64,000 bases of DNA from a bacterium (GCA_020057885.1 JAGVEX010000009.1:36704-100703), one strand, 5' to 3'; counted from the stretch's first letter, positions 27,941-39,364 are shown. The notes: a model not told the origin generated them from the sequence alone. Numbers and translations are program-made.

Positions 27941-28255
27941 TTAATTTATTTTTTCCATTTTGATTTCAGTAAAGGGCTGGCGGTGTCCGTACTTTTTGTG
28001 ATGACGCACTTTGGCTTTGTAATGCACTACTAAAACTTTTTTAGCGCGGCCTTGTTTAACAACTTTAGCATCTACCGTGGTTTTAACCTGCGGCTGACCA
28101 AAATTTACTGAACTGCCGTCGGCTTCTGCTGTCATTAACACATCATCAAAAACTAAATCGTCTTTAAGGGTAAGTAATTTTTCTACTTTAAGCACATCGC
28201 CCTCTTTTACTATGTACTGCTTGCCTCCTGTTCTTATAACTGCGATTTTTGACAT
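27941..28255 (-). CDS. rplU: 50S ribosomal protein L21
   Basis: 104 aa; MSKIAVIRTGGKQYIVKEGD. Confidence 0.9.
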   Translation of the reverse strand: MSKIAVIRTGGKQYIVKEGDVLKVEKLLTLKDDLVFDDVLMTAEADGSSVNFGQPQVKTTVDAKVVKQGRAKKVLVVHYKAKVRHHKKYGHRQPFTEIKMEKIN

Positions 28256-28336
28256 AAAAATATAAATAAAAAACAGCCGATAAACTGCTCTTTTTATAAT
28301 AGACGATAACTCATATTATGTCAACCCTAACCCGCT

Positions 28337-28801
28337 TTAGGGTAACATGGTTACTGCCATACCATTTTGGATGTTATTTTGTGTCGCCCAGCCAGCTGGA
28401 ACTTCTATAACTCCATCAACTTCACTATTTGGCCGCAAGGTAACAGGTTGAGGCGATTGGGGCGTTGGCGCTGGTACATTGGTAGTAACTTGCGCAACCG
28501 CGCCATTTTTTATCCAAATAAAATCAAGCGAAAACTTCATGCCCTTCATCCAAAAACCATAAACACCTGGTTTGGGAAACGTAAAAAGCATACCCCGCCC
28601 AGCTGGTAAACTTTCACGACCAGATAAGCCTTGCTGACGTGCGCTATCGGTGTCCGCCACTTCTACAGTTAAATTTGCCTCCCCCACCTTAATCTCACGA
28701 ATAGGAAGAGTAGAAACAGAAGAAGTAATTGGAGTTTGGGACACAGCACAGCCCCAAAGCGCAAAGCTTAAAATAATTGCTGACAATACACGACTTGACA
28801 T
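28337..28801 (-). CDS. DUF192 (COG1430) secreted protein
   Basis: 154 aa; signal peptide; LTVEVADTDSARQQGL...MLFTF...MKGMKFSLDFIWI resembles DUF192. Confidence 0.55.
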   Translation of the reverse strand: MSSRVLSAIILSFALWGCAVSQTPITSSVSTLPIREIKVGEANLTVEVADTDSARQQGLSGRESLPAGRGMLFTFPKPGVYGFWMKGMKFSLDFIWIKNGAVAQVTTNVPAPTPQSPQPVTLRPNSEVDGVIEVPAGWATQNNIQNGMAVTMLP

Positions 28802-28933
28802 AATTACTTACTTATATTACACTAATCTATTAAATTAGTGTATCTTTTATATTAAAGAATGTTGCAAAAATAGAAAATAAACACAATAAAATAAATCATA
28901 AAAACAAATATAACAATTTAAAAAGGAGTAAAT

Positions 28934-29512
28934 ATGCCAACCAGAGCAATTAACCTACGAGAAGGAGAAATGAGTGGCACAACTATATGTGATGCTACAT
29001 GTTGTGTGGGCCTGCACCATATGGGGCAATGTTTTACTTTCAGCGAAGGGTTTGAATTGAACTTCTTCGTACAAGAGGCGAAACACAAAAGAATGGGTAT
29101 AGCTACTATCCAAAAAACGAAGGATAACACTACCCAATTATGCAATACCCTGTTCAAACTCAGTAAGATGGTCGATAATGACCAAACGACAGTCAAAAAT
29201 ATTTACAAACAAATCAAACATATTGTTAACAAATTTGGCGGCAACGATCCTAAGTTAAGAGCTGACTATTATAAAGGTTGCGTGGAAATTTTAAGACACC
29301 GCCGCGGTTTCAGGCAAATTAAGAAACATCGCATACCAGAAATTAATTCACTAAATGATATACTTTCAGCTATAGCAAACTGGAAACTTAACCCCTGGAT
29401 AGCAATGAATCTTGAATTTCTTTGCCGAAAAGCCAGTACCGTTTATGGGGCCACCAAACAACATATTAAATTCGCTCTGGAATTAGCCTCGCAAACAATC
29501 CTAATACACTAA
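28934..29512 (+). CDS. hypothetical protein in AT-rich insert
   Basis: 192-aa ORF; Cys-rich N-terminus. Confidence 0.35.
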   Translation: MPTRAINLREGEMSGTTICDATCCVGLHHMGQCFTFSEGFELNFFVQEAKHKRMGIATIQKTKDNTTQLCNTLFKLSKMVDNDQTTVKNIYKQIKHIVNKFGGNDPKLRADYYKGCVEILRHRRGFRQIKKHRIPEINSLNDILSAIANWKLNPWIAMNLEFLCRKASTVYGATKQHIKFALELASQTILIH

Positions 29513-29527
29513 TCTAAGTGTAAGTAT

Positions 29528-29565
29528 AAAGAAGGGAATTTTTATATATTCCCTTCTTTTTTATT
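29528..29565. terminator. bidirectional intrinsic terminator
   Basis: aagaagggaat-ttttatata-ttcccttctt followed by T-run. Confidence 0.55.
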
Positions 29566-30636
29566 TTTTTTATGATAAAACCAAACTAATCCCCCAGCCA
29601 CTAATGCCATGACTACTAATAAAATAAATAGAGCAATTACTTTGCCCTGTGTGCGTAAAAATAAAGAAGTAACACCAAAAGTAGCAGTTAAAAAATAAAG
29701 TAATACCACAGCCTGTTTTTGGCTCAATCCTACATCCAGCAAACGATAATGTAAATGTTTACGGTCGGCATGAGCAATACTTTTTTTATCCAAAAAAATC
29801 CTGCGGCCAACAACCCAAACCACATCCAAAATCGGAATACCCATTACTAAAAGAGCGGTGGCAATTTTAGCGCCTGAAATAATTGCTAGCACACCTAAGA
29901 TAAATCCCAAATAAAGACTGCCACCTTCACCTAAAAATATTCTAGCTGGATGCCAATTCCATACTAAAAACCCTAAACAAGCGCCAGCAAAAATAATAGC
30001 CAACATGCCAACCGAGGGCTGATAAAAAGGCGTGAATTGGGTAAGGCCAAAAATAATCAAACCGCCTACAGCGCCTATTCCGGTAGCCAAACCGTCTAAA
30101 CCATCCAACAATTTAGTGGTATACATCATGCCCAAAAGCCAAAGAAATGTAAAAATATCAGCCGCTACTGTGAAGTAATAAGGCATACCGCCCAGCTTTA
30201 TAATTTCGATTTTCCAAATATCTAAATGCAACAATCCACCCATTGGACTAGAAATTGCCTTTGCTCCAATACCAGAAATAATCACCACTAAAATTGCCAA
30301 AATCGGCCAAATAATTTGTTTACCTGGAGACAATTTGTATTTATCATCAAAATAACCGCCGAGCATAATAATTGCTCCGGCCAGGGTTAATCCAATAATC
30401 GCTTTAATAGTTATATCTTTACCTATTATAGAATTTGTAAAAAAAGCCAAAGTCAAAAGCGCTATGGTAAAAGACAAATAAATTGCCAAGCCACCCAAAA
30501 GTGGTTTAGGAGAAGAGTGTATTTTTCTATCACTATCTGGAATATCAACTACCTGCGCACGCACGGCGTAACGGCGAACAAAATAAGTCGCTGTTATGGT
30601 TAAAATAAATGATGATGCCAGAGCTAAAAAAAACAT
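29542..30636 (-). CDS. polyprenyl-phosphate N-acetylhexosamine-1-phosphate transferase (WecA/MraY family, GT4)
   Basis: 364 aa, ~10 TM helices; DDKYKLSPGKQ and LLDGLDGLATG motifs. Confidence 0.7.
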   Translation of the reverse strand: MFFLALASSFILTITATYFVRRYAVRAQVVDIPDSDRKIHSSPKPLLGGLAIYLSFTIALLTLAFFTNSIIGKDITIKAIIGLTLAGAIIMLGGYFDDKYKLSPGKQIIWPILAILVVIISGIGAKAISSPMGGLLHLDIWKIEIIKLGGMPYYFTVAADIFTFLWLLGMMYTTKLLDGLDGLATGIGAVGGLIIFGLTQFTPFYQPSVGMLAIIFAGACLGFLVWNWHPARIFLGEGGSLYLGFILGVLAIISGAKIATALLVMGIPILDVVWVVGRRIFLDKKSIAHADRKHLHYRLLDVGLSQKQAVVLLYFLTATFGVTSLFLRTQGKVIALFILLVVMALVAGGLVWFYHKKNKKEGNI

Positions 30637-30640
30637 AAAT

Positions 30641-30725
30641 AGAGAAAATCCGAAATCCTAAATTCTAAATCATAAATAAATTCAAAGTCCAAAATCCAAA
30701 TCTAAAAATAATTTATTCCACTATT
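30641..30725. repeat. AAATCC-type intergenic repeat element, copy 3 (degenerate)
   Basis: aaatccgaaatcctaaattctaaatc...gtccaaaatccaaatctaaa upstream of the WecA-like gene. Confidence 0.45.
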
Positions 30726-30734
30726 ATTTAGAGT

Positions 30735-31127
30735 TTAAATATTACGATCTAAATAATCTTGTAATAAAAACATCGCGGCCATTTCATCGCGCGAACGTGT
30801 TTTGAGATCGCGCGGCGCCGCATCAGCACGCTGGCTGGTAAAACGCTCGTCAAATAATTCCACTGAAATATTTAAGTTAGTTTTTAAAAAATTGGCAAAT
30901 TTCCTGCTGGCTTCTGTTTGCTTAGATGCGGCCCCCGAAGTGGACAAAGGCTCCCCTACTAAAACCACGTTAACATCTTCTTCTAAAATAATTTTTTGTA
31001 ACTGCTCTAAAACTAATTCATCTGATTCATTGTTTATTAAACCATAAGGCAGAGCCAATTTAGTTTCGGCATCACCAATAGCTAAACCTATTCTTTTTTC
31101 GCCGTGATCAAGCGCTAATACTTTCAT
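30735..31127 (-). CDS. ruvX: Holliday-junction resolvase-like protein YqgF/RuvX
   Basis: 130 aa; MKVLALDHGEKRIGLAIGD. Confidence 0.8.
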   Translation of the reverse strand: MKVLALDHGEKRIGLAIGDAETKLALPYGLINNESDELVLEQLQKIILEEDVNVVLVGEPLSTSGAASKQTEASRKFANFLKTNLNISVELFDERFTSQRADAAPRDLKTRSRDEMAAMFLLQDYLDRNI

Positions 31128-31159
31128 AATTAAATAAAAAATAACATGGTAAGGTTTTG

Positions 31160-31921
31160 TTACTGGGTCAAAATTTCATAACCATTATCCGTCACCAACA
31201 CGGTATGCTCAAAATGTGCTGACAAACTTTTATCAGCTGTTACTACTGTCCAACCGTCGGTTAAAACTTTAATTTTATAACTGCCTTCATTTACCATTGG
31301 TTCAATAGCAATAGTCATACCGGCCTCTAGTTTAATACCAGTGTTTTTTTTGCCAAAATTTGGTACCGCCGGCTCCTCATGCACGGCTTTCCCCACACCG
31401 TGCCCGGTAAGCTGACGCACTACAGAAAAACCATTTGCTTCCACAAAGTTTTGCACAGCCGACCCTATATCACCTATATATGTCCCAGCACGCACCTGCC
31501 GTAAACCTTCTGCGAGCGACAGCTTTGTTATCTTAATCAATTTAAGGGCTTTGGCTGAAACCTTGCCCACTGGTACAGTTACAGCCATGTCTGTACACAA
31601 ACCTTCATACCAACAACCAATGTCTAAACCAATAATCTCACCCTCTTGCAAAATATGATCAGCCGAAGGTATGGCATGCACCACTGCTTCGTTCACCGAA
31701 GTGCACAAACTGGCTGGATAAGGGGTACCACGTTCGCGCCCATAACCTAAAAAAGAGGGCGTGGCACCTTGTTGTTTTAATAAAGTTTCTGCCAAATTAT
31801 TTAACTCTCCCGTGCTAACTCCCGGCTTTACCGCTACTGCTACTTTTTCCAAAACAGCTGCCAAAATACGCCCCCCGGCGCGCATTTTTTCTATCTCCGC
31901 CTTGGTTTTTATAAGAATCAT
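31160..31921 (-). CDS. map: methionine aminopeptidase type I
   Basis: 253 aa; pita-bread fold metal ligands. Confidence 0.9.
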   Translation of the reverse strand: MILIKTKAEIEKMRAGGRILAAVLEKVAVAVKPGVSTGELNNLAETLLKQQGATPSFLGYGRERGTPYPASLCTSVNEAVVHAIPSADHILQEGEIIGLDIGCWYEGLCTDMAVTVPVGKVSAKALKLIKITKLSLAEGLRQVRAGTYIGDIGSAVQNFVEANGFSVVRQLTGHGVGKAVHEEPAVPNFGKKNTGIKLEAGMTIAIEPMVNEGSYKIKVLTDGWTVVTADKSLSAHFEHTVLVTDNGYEILTQ

Positions 31922-32559
31922 ATTTGCAATACCTTATTTATATTTTCAGTTACCTGGGGAATAGGCGGCGTGCCATCAATAACAATTAATCTACCCTCAC
32001 GCTTATAATAAGCGAGTAATGGTTCGGTTTGTTTATGATATATAACTAAACGATCACGAACTATGTTTTCTGCTTGGTCGCTACGCTGTGATAGTGGAGT
32101 GTTATCAATATCACAAATTCCTGAATTCTGAGGTGGCTTAAAATCAAGATGATAAATAGCGCCACACACTGAACAAGTCCAGCGGCGTGAGATGCGTTTT
32201 ACGGCTTCATCATCTGATAGTTCTAAATCTAGAGCTTGCACATTCATAGTTGATTCATTCAAAAAAGCGGCTTGTACCAAATTACGAGGATAACCATCTA
32301 GCACAAAACCTGGCACGGCATCAGCTTGGTTTAATCTATCGGCCACTATTTTATTAGTAATATCGTCCGACACCAACAAGCCTTGTTTTAAAATATTATC
32401 CACTTCTTTGCCTAGATCTGTTTGGCGCGAAATATGGTCACGAAAAATCTCCCCCGTAGAAATATGTGGAACTCTTAATTTAGCGGCCAAAAACTTAGCT
32501 TGTGTGCCCTTGCCCGAGCCGGGAGGGCCTAATAAAATGAATTGTTTATTGGGTGACAT
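31918..32559 (-). CDS. adk: adenylate kinase (zinc-lid type)
   Basis: 213 aa; P-loop GPPGSGKGTQ; LID CSVCG...C..D. Confidence 0.9.
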   Translation of the reverse strand: MSPNKQFILLGPPGSGKGTQAKFLAAKLRVPHISTGEIFRDHISRQTDLGKEVDNILKQGLLVSDDITNKIVADRLNQADAVPGFVLDGYPRNLVQAAFLNESTMNVQALDLELSDDEAVKRISRRWTCSVCGAIYHLDFKPPQNSGICDIDNTPLSQRSDQAENIVRDRLVIYHKQTEPLLAYYKREGRLIVIDGTPPIPQVTENINKVLQI

Positions 32560-32650
32560 AGTAATATTATTGTAGCTTATAAATAGATCTTTGAAAAATA
32601 AAAAACCGCCCCTAAAAAAGAGCGGTTTTGAATAATAATCAATCTATTAT

Positions 32651-33928
32651 TTATAATTCATCATAATCTCTCATTACGAGTTGGGCGTTGACTTGACGCA
32701 CAGTTTCAATAACCACTGATACTACGATCAAAAGTGAAGTGCCTCCAATTACCAAAAGTTGTGAACCAGTAACAAAACGTAAAATAAGTGGTAATACTGC
32801 TACCACACCCAAAAACAAAGCGCCTGGCAAAAGAACATGATTCATAACATGACCCAAATATTCTTCAGTGTTACGCCCCGGACGAATGCCTGGCACAAAG
32901 CCACCCTGTTTTTGCAAATTCTCAGCAATTTGATCAGGTTTAAAAATAACCGCTGTATAAAAATAAGTAAAACCAAAAACTAATACAAAATAAGCAATGG
33001 CATAAAAAAGCTGGTTTTGAAACAAATCAATAGTAAACTGAGCAGCCGATACCAACCAAGCTGATTGCGACTTCACCAAAAACTGCGCCACCATGGGAGG
33101 GAATATGATTACCGAAATAGCAAATATAATAGGGATCACGCCTGCTTGTAAAAGACGCAAAGGTAAAAAAGTTGTAGCGCCGCCATATGTTTTACTACCG
33201 CGAACCATACGTGCATAAGTAACTGGAATATTGCGTTGCGCCTCTGTTACCAATACCACAGCCACAATGGTTAAAATCGCCACAGCCACAAAAACTATTA
33301 TGTTAAAAATTTGGGATTGATCGAAAACAGCAAAAGCCTGCTGAATTTGCTGTGGAATGCCTGCCACAATACCGGCAAAAATTAAAAGCGAAATACCATT
33401 ACCCACCTTGCGTTCAGAAATAAGTTCACCAATCCACATTAAAAAAACAGTACCGGCTGTAATAGTAACAATACTAATAGTTAATTGCCAAGGATCCAGC
33501 GCGCCGACAATTTTACCTCCGCCTTGCCCACGTAAAATTGCTATAAAACCATAGGCTTGTAAAGCGGCCATTGGCACTGTCAGCCAGCGGGTATATTGAT
33601 TAATGCGATGGTATCCAGCTTCACCGTCTTTAGAAATTTCCTCTAAGCGCGGCACTATCATGGTCAAAAGCTGCATAATAATAGAAGCCGTAATGTAAGG
33701 GCCAACACCAAGCATTACCACGGAAAAATTCTCTAAACCGCCGCCGGAAAACAGATTAAGCAAACCCAACAACTGATTAGAGGAAAAAAAGTTACGCAAG
33801 GCTGCTGCATCAACACCTGGAATTGGTAAATGTGCGGCAATACGAAAAATCACCAAACAACCCAAAACAAACAAAATGTTTTTTCTAAGATCCGGAGTTT
33901 TCCAAATCTGTCCTAATTTTTGCCACAT
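32651..33928 (-). CDS. secY: preprotein translocase subunit SecY
   Basis: 425 aa, 10 TM. Confidence 0.9.
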   Translation of the reverse strand: MWQKLGQIWKTPDLRKNILFVLGCLVIFRIAAHLPIPGVDAAALRNFFSSNQLLGLLNLFSGGGLENFSVVMLGVGPYITASIIMQLLTMIVPRLEEISKDGEAGYHRINQYTRWLTVPMAALQAYGFIAILRGQGGGKIVGALDPWQLTISIVTITAGTVFLMWIGELISERKVGNGISLLIFAGIVAGIPQQIQQAFAVFDQSQIFNIIVFVAVAILTIVAVVLVTEAQRNIPVTYARMVRGSKTYGGATTFLPLRLLQAGVIPIIFAISVIIFPPMVAQFLVKSQSAWLVSAAQFTIDLFQNQLFYAIAYFVLVFGFTYFYTAVIFKPDQIAENLQKQGGFVPGIRPGRNTEEYLGHVMNHVLLPGALFLGVVAVLPLILRFVTGSQLLVIGGTSLLIVVSVVIETVRQVNAQLVMRDYDEL

Positions 33929-33940
33929 AAAAGCAAAAGT

Positions 33941-34399
33941 TTAAACCTTATTCTTTATAATCAATTCTACTTTGCCACCGGCTTTTTCTATAGAAGCTCT
34001 CGCTCCGGCCGAAATACTATTAACCATTACTGTAAGAGTTGGTTTAATTTTACCACCACCAATTAATTTAACCAATCCTTTGGCGTTCGTTATCAAACCT
34101 TTTTTCGCTAACATTAGTGGAGTTACTTGGGCGCCGTTTTCAAAAACATTCAATTCTGCCACGTTAATTACCTGAGGGCGTATTTTAAAACTACGAAAAC
34201 CGCGTACTTTTGGTAAACGAGTAATAAAATGTTTAACTCCGAATTGCACCAACCCTTTGCGCCCACCTTGGCGCGCACGCTGTCCTTTAACGCCACGGGT
34301 AGAATAAGCGCCATGCCCCGAACCCAACCCTCTGCCCAAACGTTTACGGCGGTGTCGTGAACCACTAGCTGACTTTAGTGAATGAAGTGTAAGTGTCAT
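33941..34399 (-). CDS. rplO: 50S ribosomal protein L15
   Basis: 152 aa. Confidence 0.9.
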   Translation of the reverse strand: MTLTLHSLKSASGSRHRRKRLGRGLGSGHGAYSTRGVKGQRARQGGRKGLVQFGVKHFITRLPKVRGFRSFKIRPQVINVAELNVFENGAQVTPLMLAKKGLITNAKGLVKLIGGGKIKPTLTVMVNSISAGARASIEKAGGKVELIIKNKV

Positions 34400-34418
34400 A
34401 AATAACTTATTTAAAACC

Positions 34419-34931
34419 TTAACGAGTTAATTTAAACTGACCAAAGGCTTTAATAACTGCTCTAACATTATTGATTTTATTAGGAGAACCTAAAATTTTA
34501 CTAACAACATTAGGTACGCCTGCCATCTCTAACACTACCCGCACCGGACCACCAGCAATAATACCTGTACCGGTAGGGGCTGGCCTTAAAATTACTTTAG
34601 CACTCTTATACTTAACTGTAATTTCATGTGGCAAAGTATCACCTTTTAGAGGCACTTGAATTAATGATTTTCGAGCTTTAGTAGCGGCCTTTTCCACAGC
34701 TAAACTAACATCGGCGCCTTTGGCCAAACCAACTCCCACTTTACCTTTTTTATTACCAACTACTATAAGTGCTCGAAAACGCATACGCTTACCACCAGCC
34801 ATTACACGAGTAACGCGAGCTAATTCTACTACGCGTTGATCAAACTCATCTTCCACCCTATCTCGTCTGGGGCCTCTGCCCATACCGCGTCCACCGCGAC
34901 CGCCTCTTTGTTGTTGCATACCCATTACCAT
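34419..34931 (-). CDS. rpsE: 30S ribosomal protein S5 (no L30 gene between rpsE and rplO)
   Basis: 170 aa. Confidence 0.9.
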   Translation of the reverse strand: MVMGMQQQRGGRGGRGMGRGPRRDRVEDEFDQRVVELARVTRVMAGGKRMRFRALIVVGNKKGKVGVGLAKGADVSLAVEKAATKARKSLIQVPLKGDTLPHEITVKYKSAKVILRPAPTGTGIIAGGPVRVVLEMAGVPNVVSKILGSPNKINNVRAVIKAFGQFKLTR

Positions 34932-34943
34932 AAAATAATTTAC

Positions 34944-35300
34944 TTAAAAAATTAATCCCCCAGCCCTAGCTCCTTCAGCCAAAGCTTTAATTCGGCCATG
35001 GTAAGCATAACCACCTCTATCAAATACTACTGTTTTAATTCCCTTGGCTACTGCTTTCTCAGCTACTAATTTACCAACCGCTTTAGCTAATTCTATTGGT
35101 TTACCAGCAGATTTTTTATTTTCTAACTCATGATCTGAAGCCGCACAAATAGTATGCGCTTTAATATCATCAATTAGCTGCACGGAAATGTGTTTTAAAC
35201 TACGATAAACGGCCAAACGCGGACACTCTGTTGTACCAGCTAAACGTGCACGTGTTCGACGATGTCGTGTAATTCTTGGATTTTTAAAAAAATTAGACAT
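34944..35300 (-). CDS. rplR: 50S ribosomal protein L18
   Basis: 118 aa. Confidence 0.9.
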   Translation of the reverse strand: MSNFFKNPRITRHRRTRARLAGTTECPRLAVYRSLKHISVQLIDDIKAHTICAASDHELENKKSAGKPIELAKAVGKLVAEKAVAKGIKTVVFDRGGYAYHGRIKALAEGARAGGLIF

Positions 35301-35308
35301 AAATAAAA

Positions 35309-35863
35309 TTATTTAGCGCCAGCTGCTTTTACAACCTTGCCGGCCTTACGGCGAATTATTTCACCAGCATATTTTATTCCCTTACCCTTGTAAGGTTCTG
35401 GTTTTTTAAGAGATCTAATTTCGGCTGCTACTTGGCCTACTTGCTGACGAGAAGCGCCGCTTACGCTAATCACATTATTTTTTTCTACCGCCACAATAAC
35501 ACCGGCCGACACTATATATTTTACTGGATGAGAAAAACCAATATTCAAAACTAAATCTTTACCTTCCATTTGAGCTTTGAATCCAATACCTGACATTTCT
35601 AGTTTTTTAACAAAACCCTGAGATGTACCAATAACAGCGTTGTTGACTAATTGGCGTGCCAATCCCCACAGTGCTTTATCACTGCCGACTTCTGGCTGAC
35701 GCACTGTAACATGGAGTGTATTACCATCTTGAGTAACTGTAACGTGGGGGTGTAAAGGCTGTGCCACCTCTCCTTTGGGCCCTTTAACATGAACCATTTC
35801 GGGTTTAATTTCTACCTGAACGCCTGCTGGTATTATAATTGGAAGTTTGCCTAAACGTGACAT
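35309..35863 (-). CDS. rplF: 50S ribosomal protein L6
   Basis: 184 aa. Confidence 0.9.
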   Translation of the reverse strand: MSRLGKLPIIIPAGVQVEIKPEMVHVKGPKGEVAQPLHPHVTVTQDGNTLHVTVRQPEVGSDKALWGLARQLVNNAVIGTSQGFVKKLEMSGIGFKAQMEGKDLVLNIGFSHPVKYIVSAGVIVAVEKNNVISVSGASRQQVGQVAAEIRSLKKPEPYKGKGIKYAGEIIRRKAGKVVKAAGAK

Positions 35864-35869
35864 AAAAAA

Positions 35870-36256
35870 TTAATAAATTTCACAAATAACTTCTCCGCCC
35901 AAGCTTTTAGCACGTGCCTCACGATTAGTCATAAGGCCTTGGGAAGTTGAAATAATAGCAATACCTAAACCAGAAAGTACCTTGGGCAATTCGGAAGATT
36001 TAACATAAAAACGTCTACCTGGCTTGCTAATACGTTTTAAACTGCGAATAGGAACCTGTCCTTTGTCATAACTAAGCTGCAAACGCAAACTTCGATAAGG
36101 CGCTGCGACTTCATCAAACGACTTAAGGTACCCTTCGTGTACTAAAATATCAGCTAGGTTTGCCTTTAGCCTAGAGTACGGCACCATTACCTCAGTCTTG
36201 CGGACCATGATAATGTTGCGAATTCTTGTAAGCATGTCACTGATTGGATCTGTCAT
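35870..36256 (-). CDS. rpsH: 30S ribosomal protein S8
   Basis: 128 aa. Confidence 0.9.
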   Translation of the reverse strand: MTDPISDMLTRIRNIIMVRKTEVMVPYSRLKANLADILVHEGYLKSFDEVAAPYRSLRLQLSYDKGQVPIRSLKRISKPGRRFYVKSSELPKVLSGLGIAIISTSQGLMTNREARAKSLGGEVICEIY

Positions 36257-36299
36257 AAGATTAATTTAATTTCACTTTCTCAACTGATTTAATTAATAA

Positions 36300-36494
36300 T
36301 TACCAACTGGCCTTTTTAATTCCAGGAATTTCACCATTATTAGCTAGTTCCCTAAAACAAATACGGCAAAGGTTAAATTTACGCATATAACCATGTTTAC
36401 GACCACAACGCCAGCATCGGCGCACTATACGCGTAGAGTATTTAGGATTGGTTAACGAACGTCGTGATTTATTTTCTTGTGCTGTAGTAGACAT
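36300..36494 (-). CDS. rpsZ: 30S ribosomal protein S14 type Z (zinc-binding)
   Basis: C-terminal [23 protein letters not shown]; real start MSTTAQEN (track ORF is extended upstream in frame). Confidence 0.85.
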   Translation of the reverse strand: MSTTAQENKSRRSLTNPKYSTRIVRRCWRCGRKHGYMRKFNLCRICFRELANNGEIPGIKKASW

Positions 36495-36498
36495 AAAA

Positions 36499-37053
36499 TT
36501 AATTCTTACTAAAAGGGAAGCCCAAAAGTTCAAATAAACGTTTTCCCTCTTTTTGTGTAGCAGCTGTAGTAACAATAGCCATTTCCAAACCGTGAATATT
36601 TTCTAATTCGTCTGAACGAATTTCTGGAAAAACCATGTGTTCGTGAAAACCGATTGATAAATTTCCCTTTGCGTCAACTGATTTTGTTGGCAAACCACGA
36701 AAATCACGCACGCGAGGCAAGGTGATATTTACTAACTTACCAATAAAATCATACATTCTTTTGCCACGCAATGTTACCATTGCGCCCACCACCATACCCT
36801 GACGAATTTTAAAATTAGAAATAGATTTACGAGCCTTAGTGGTTACCGGTTTTTGCCCAGCTATACGAGTTAAAGTTTTTACAGCCACCTCTTGCAGCTT
36901 AGCATCTTTGGAACTCTGGCTTAATCCAACATTAAGCACTACCTTAACTAAACGTGGTACGGCCAAATTATTGGTATAGCCAAACTCTTGTTTTAGCTTA
37001 GGCACTATTTCACGACTGTATAAATTATTTAAATTGATTTCGCTAATACTCAT
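36499..37053 (-). CDS. rplE: 50S ribosomal protein L5
   Basis: 184 aa. Confidence 0.9.
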   Translation of the reverse strand: MSISEINLNNLYSREIVPKLKQEFGYTNNLAVPRLVKVVLNVGLSQSSKDAKLQEVAVKTLTRIAGQKPVTTKARKSISNFKIRQGMVVGAMVTLRGKRMYDFIGKLVNITLPRVRDFRGLPTKSVDAKGNLSIGFHEHMVFPEIRSDELENIHGLEMAIVTTAATQKEGKRLFELLGFPFSKN

Positions 37054-37057
37054 AAAT

Positions 37058-37378
37058 TTATATATTTAAAGGTTGCGTGCAACGATGGCAAGTACGAATT
37101 TTTTTTCCATCGGGCGCCTGTGTTATACGGACACGCGTAGTTTTACCACATTGCGGACATACTACTGCCAATTTAGCTATAATTAAAGGAGCGGCGTACT
37201 GCACTTTACTACCTGTTTTACTACCCTTTTGCGCTCGTAAATGCTTAACGCGCAAATTAATTCCTTCCGCCACCACCAAGCCTTGGGTAGGAAAAACTTG
37301 GGTAACCTTGCCCTGCTTGCCTTTATCACGGCCAGATATTACACGAACTGTATCATTTTTTTTAATTCTGAGTCTCAT
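37058..37378 (-). CDS. rplX: 50S ribosomal protein L24
   Basis: 106 aa; KOW motif. Confidence 0.9.
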   Translation of the reverse strand: MRLRIKKNDTVRVISGRDKGKQGKVTQVFPTQGLVVAEGINLRVKHLRAQKGSKTGSKVQYAAPLIIAKLAVVCPQCGKTTRVRITQAPDGKKIRTCHRCTQPLNI

Positions 37379-37387
37379 AAAATATAA

Positions 37388-37759
37388 TTATAATACTTCG
37401 GGAGCGAGGGAAATAATTTTTTGAAAACCTTTAGCTCTTAATTCACGAGCCACGGGACCAAAAATGCGAGTGCCTTTTGGTTCTTTTGTTTTTTTATCAA
37501 TTATTACAACTGCATTGTCGTCAAAACGGATATAAGAACCGTCCGATCGGCGATATTCTTTATGCGTACGTACCAACACAGCGTGAACTACATCGCTCTT
37601 TTTTACCATACCATGTGGTTGCGCGTCTTTTACTACTACAGTAATAATATCGCTCAACATACCATAACGCTTGCGATGTCCGCCAAGAACTCTAATACAC
37701 TGGACTTTTTTGGCCCCAGTATTATCGGCTACATTAATCATTGAACGAAGTTGTACCAT
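37388..37759 (-). CDS. rplN: 50S ribosomal protein L14
   Basis: 123 aa. Confidence 0.9.
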   Translation of the reverse strand: MVQLRSMINVADNTGAKKVQCIRVLGGHRKRYGMLSDIITVVVKDAQPHGMVKKSDVVHAVLVRTHKEYRRSDGSYIRFDDNAVVIIDKKTKEPKGTRIFGPVARELRAKGFQKIISLAPEVL

Positions 37760-37767
37760 AAATAATT

Positions 37768-38016
37768 TTAGCTAACTTTTTTTATAATACGCCAACGCTT
37801 AGTGCGTGACAGTGGTCTAGTTTCTTCAATCACTACCTTATCATTTAATTTATAAACATTATTCTCATCGTGAGATGGATAACGTCGGCTAGTTTGAAAC
37901 CTCTTGCCGTATTTAGGATGTACTTGAGTACGCTCCACTAGCACTATCCTAGTTTTAGGAGTACCAGCGGACACTACCACACCTTCGAGTTGTCTTTTAA
38001 TTACTGTACTGGACAT
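37768..38016 (-). CDS. rpsQ: 30S ribosomal protein S17
   Basis: 82 aa. Confidence 0.9.
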   Translation of the reverse strand: MSSTVIKRQLEGVVVSAGTPKTRIVLVERTQVHPKYGKRFQTSRRYPSHDENNVYKLNDKVVIEETRPLSRTKRWRIIKKVS

Positions 38017-38022
38017 AAAATA

Positions 38023-38232
38023 TTAATTAACTTTTGATGAAATTTCTTTAATTCTACTAACCAAACGTGCTATTTCTAACCTAATAGTTCTAATAGCGCG
38101 TACATTTTTAAGGTCGTGAGCGGCCACCCGAACACGTAAATTCCTCAACTCGGCCAACCTCTCGCTCAAATGCTTTTGTAGCTCTGGCTTGTCCCAACCA
38201 CGTATCTCTTTCATACCTAATGATTTAGCCAT
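38023..38232 (-). CDS. rpmC: 50S ribosomal protein L29
   Basis: 69 aa. Confidence 0.85.
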   Translation of the reverse strand: MAKSLGMKEIRGWDKPELQKHLSERLAELRNLRVRVAAHDLKNVRAIRTIRLEIARLVSRIKEISSKVN

Positions 38233-38236
38233 AAAA

Positions 38237-38653
38237 TTATAAGTTAGGCTTAACTACAATAATAGTCTTAACTGGCATTTTGTGCGCCGCCAACTTTAAA
38301 GCCTCACGGGCTAACTCTAAAGTAACACCATCCATTTCAAACATTACTGTACCTGGTTTAATTGGCGCCACATAATGATCCACCGAACCCTTGCCACCAC
38401 CCATACGAATTTCATTGCCTTTTACCGAAATAGATTTATCTGGAAAAATGCGAATCCAAACCTTACCTCGACGCTGTAAATGACCAGTAATAGCCCGTCT
38501 AGCCGCTTCAATTTGACGCGAGGTTATCCAACCAGCTTCCAAAGATTTCAAGCCAAAGTTACCAAAACTCAAAGTGGCTTTTTGGGTAGCCTTGCCTTTA
38601 ATTTGGTCACCCCGATGCGTCTTGCGATATTTAACTTTTTTCGGCATTAACAT
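38237..38653 (-). CDS. rplP: 50S ribosomal protein L16
   Basis: 138 aa. Confidence 0.9.
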   Translation of the reverse strand: MLMPKKVKYRKTHRGDQIKGKATQKATLSFGNFGLKSLEAGWITSRQIEAARRAITGHLQRRGKVWIRIFPDKSISVKGNEIRMGGGKGSVDHYVAPIKPGTVMFEMDGVTLELAREALKLAAHKMPVKTIIVVKPNL

Positions 38654-38673
38654 AAAAAGAATCCTGCAAAAAA

Positions 38674-39360
38674 TTAACGTTTGTGTGCGGATTGACGCAC
38701 CTCATTCATGGTAACTTGACGTGCTGGAGTAAAGACTTCGCCACGATTAATCCAAACTTTTATTCCTAAAACACCATAAGTCATATGAGCAGTAGTGCGA
38801 GCATAATCTATCTCAGCGCGAATAGTATGAAGAGGAACCTTGCCCACACTTAATTTTTCACTGCGCGCTATCTCCGAACCATTCAAACGACCACCAACCA
38901 TTACTTTTACCCCCAAAGAACCGGCTTTCATTGCCTGATCAATGGCCTGTTTCATCACCCGACGAAAAGGTAAACGTTTTTCAAGTTCCAATGCCATGTT
39001 TTCAGCTACGATTTCAGCCGACATCATAGGATTGGGCACCTCTTGAATATTAAGTTGAAAACTCTGACCTGGTTTTACGAAACGAGTTTTGAGCTCTTTT
39101 TTTAATTCTTCTACTTGTGCTCCGCCACGACCGATCACCAAACCTGGTTTAGCTGTACTGATAATAACAGTCAAGCTGGAAGCGCCGCGTTCTACTTCAA
39201 TTTGAGAAACAGCCGCACCACGCAATTTTTTCTTAAGCCAACGCCTAAGTCTAATATCAGCCTCTAATAACCCACGATAATCACGACGAGTAATCCACTT
39301 GGATTTCCAAGAGTAAAGTGTGCCAATTCGGAAAATTCTAGGATGAACTTTGTGTCCCAT
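38674..39360 (-). CDS. rpsC: 30S ribosomal protein S3 (start at MGHKVHP)
   Basis: KH domain; track ORF extends 45 nt upstream into rplV. Confidence 0.9.
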   Translation of the reverse strand: MGHKVHPRIFRIGTLYSWKSKWITRRDYRGLLEADIRLRRWLKKKLRGAAVSQIEVERGASSLTVIISTAKPGLVIGRGGAQVEELKKELKTRFVKPGQSFQLNIQEVPNPMMSAEIVAENMALELEKRLPFRRVMKQAIDQAMKAGSLGVKVMVGGRLNGSEIARSEKLSVGKVPLHTIRAEIDYARTTAHMTYGVLGIKVWINRGEVFTPARQVTMNEVRQSAHKR

Positions 39361-39364
39361 ATAA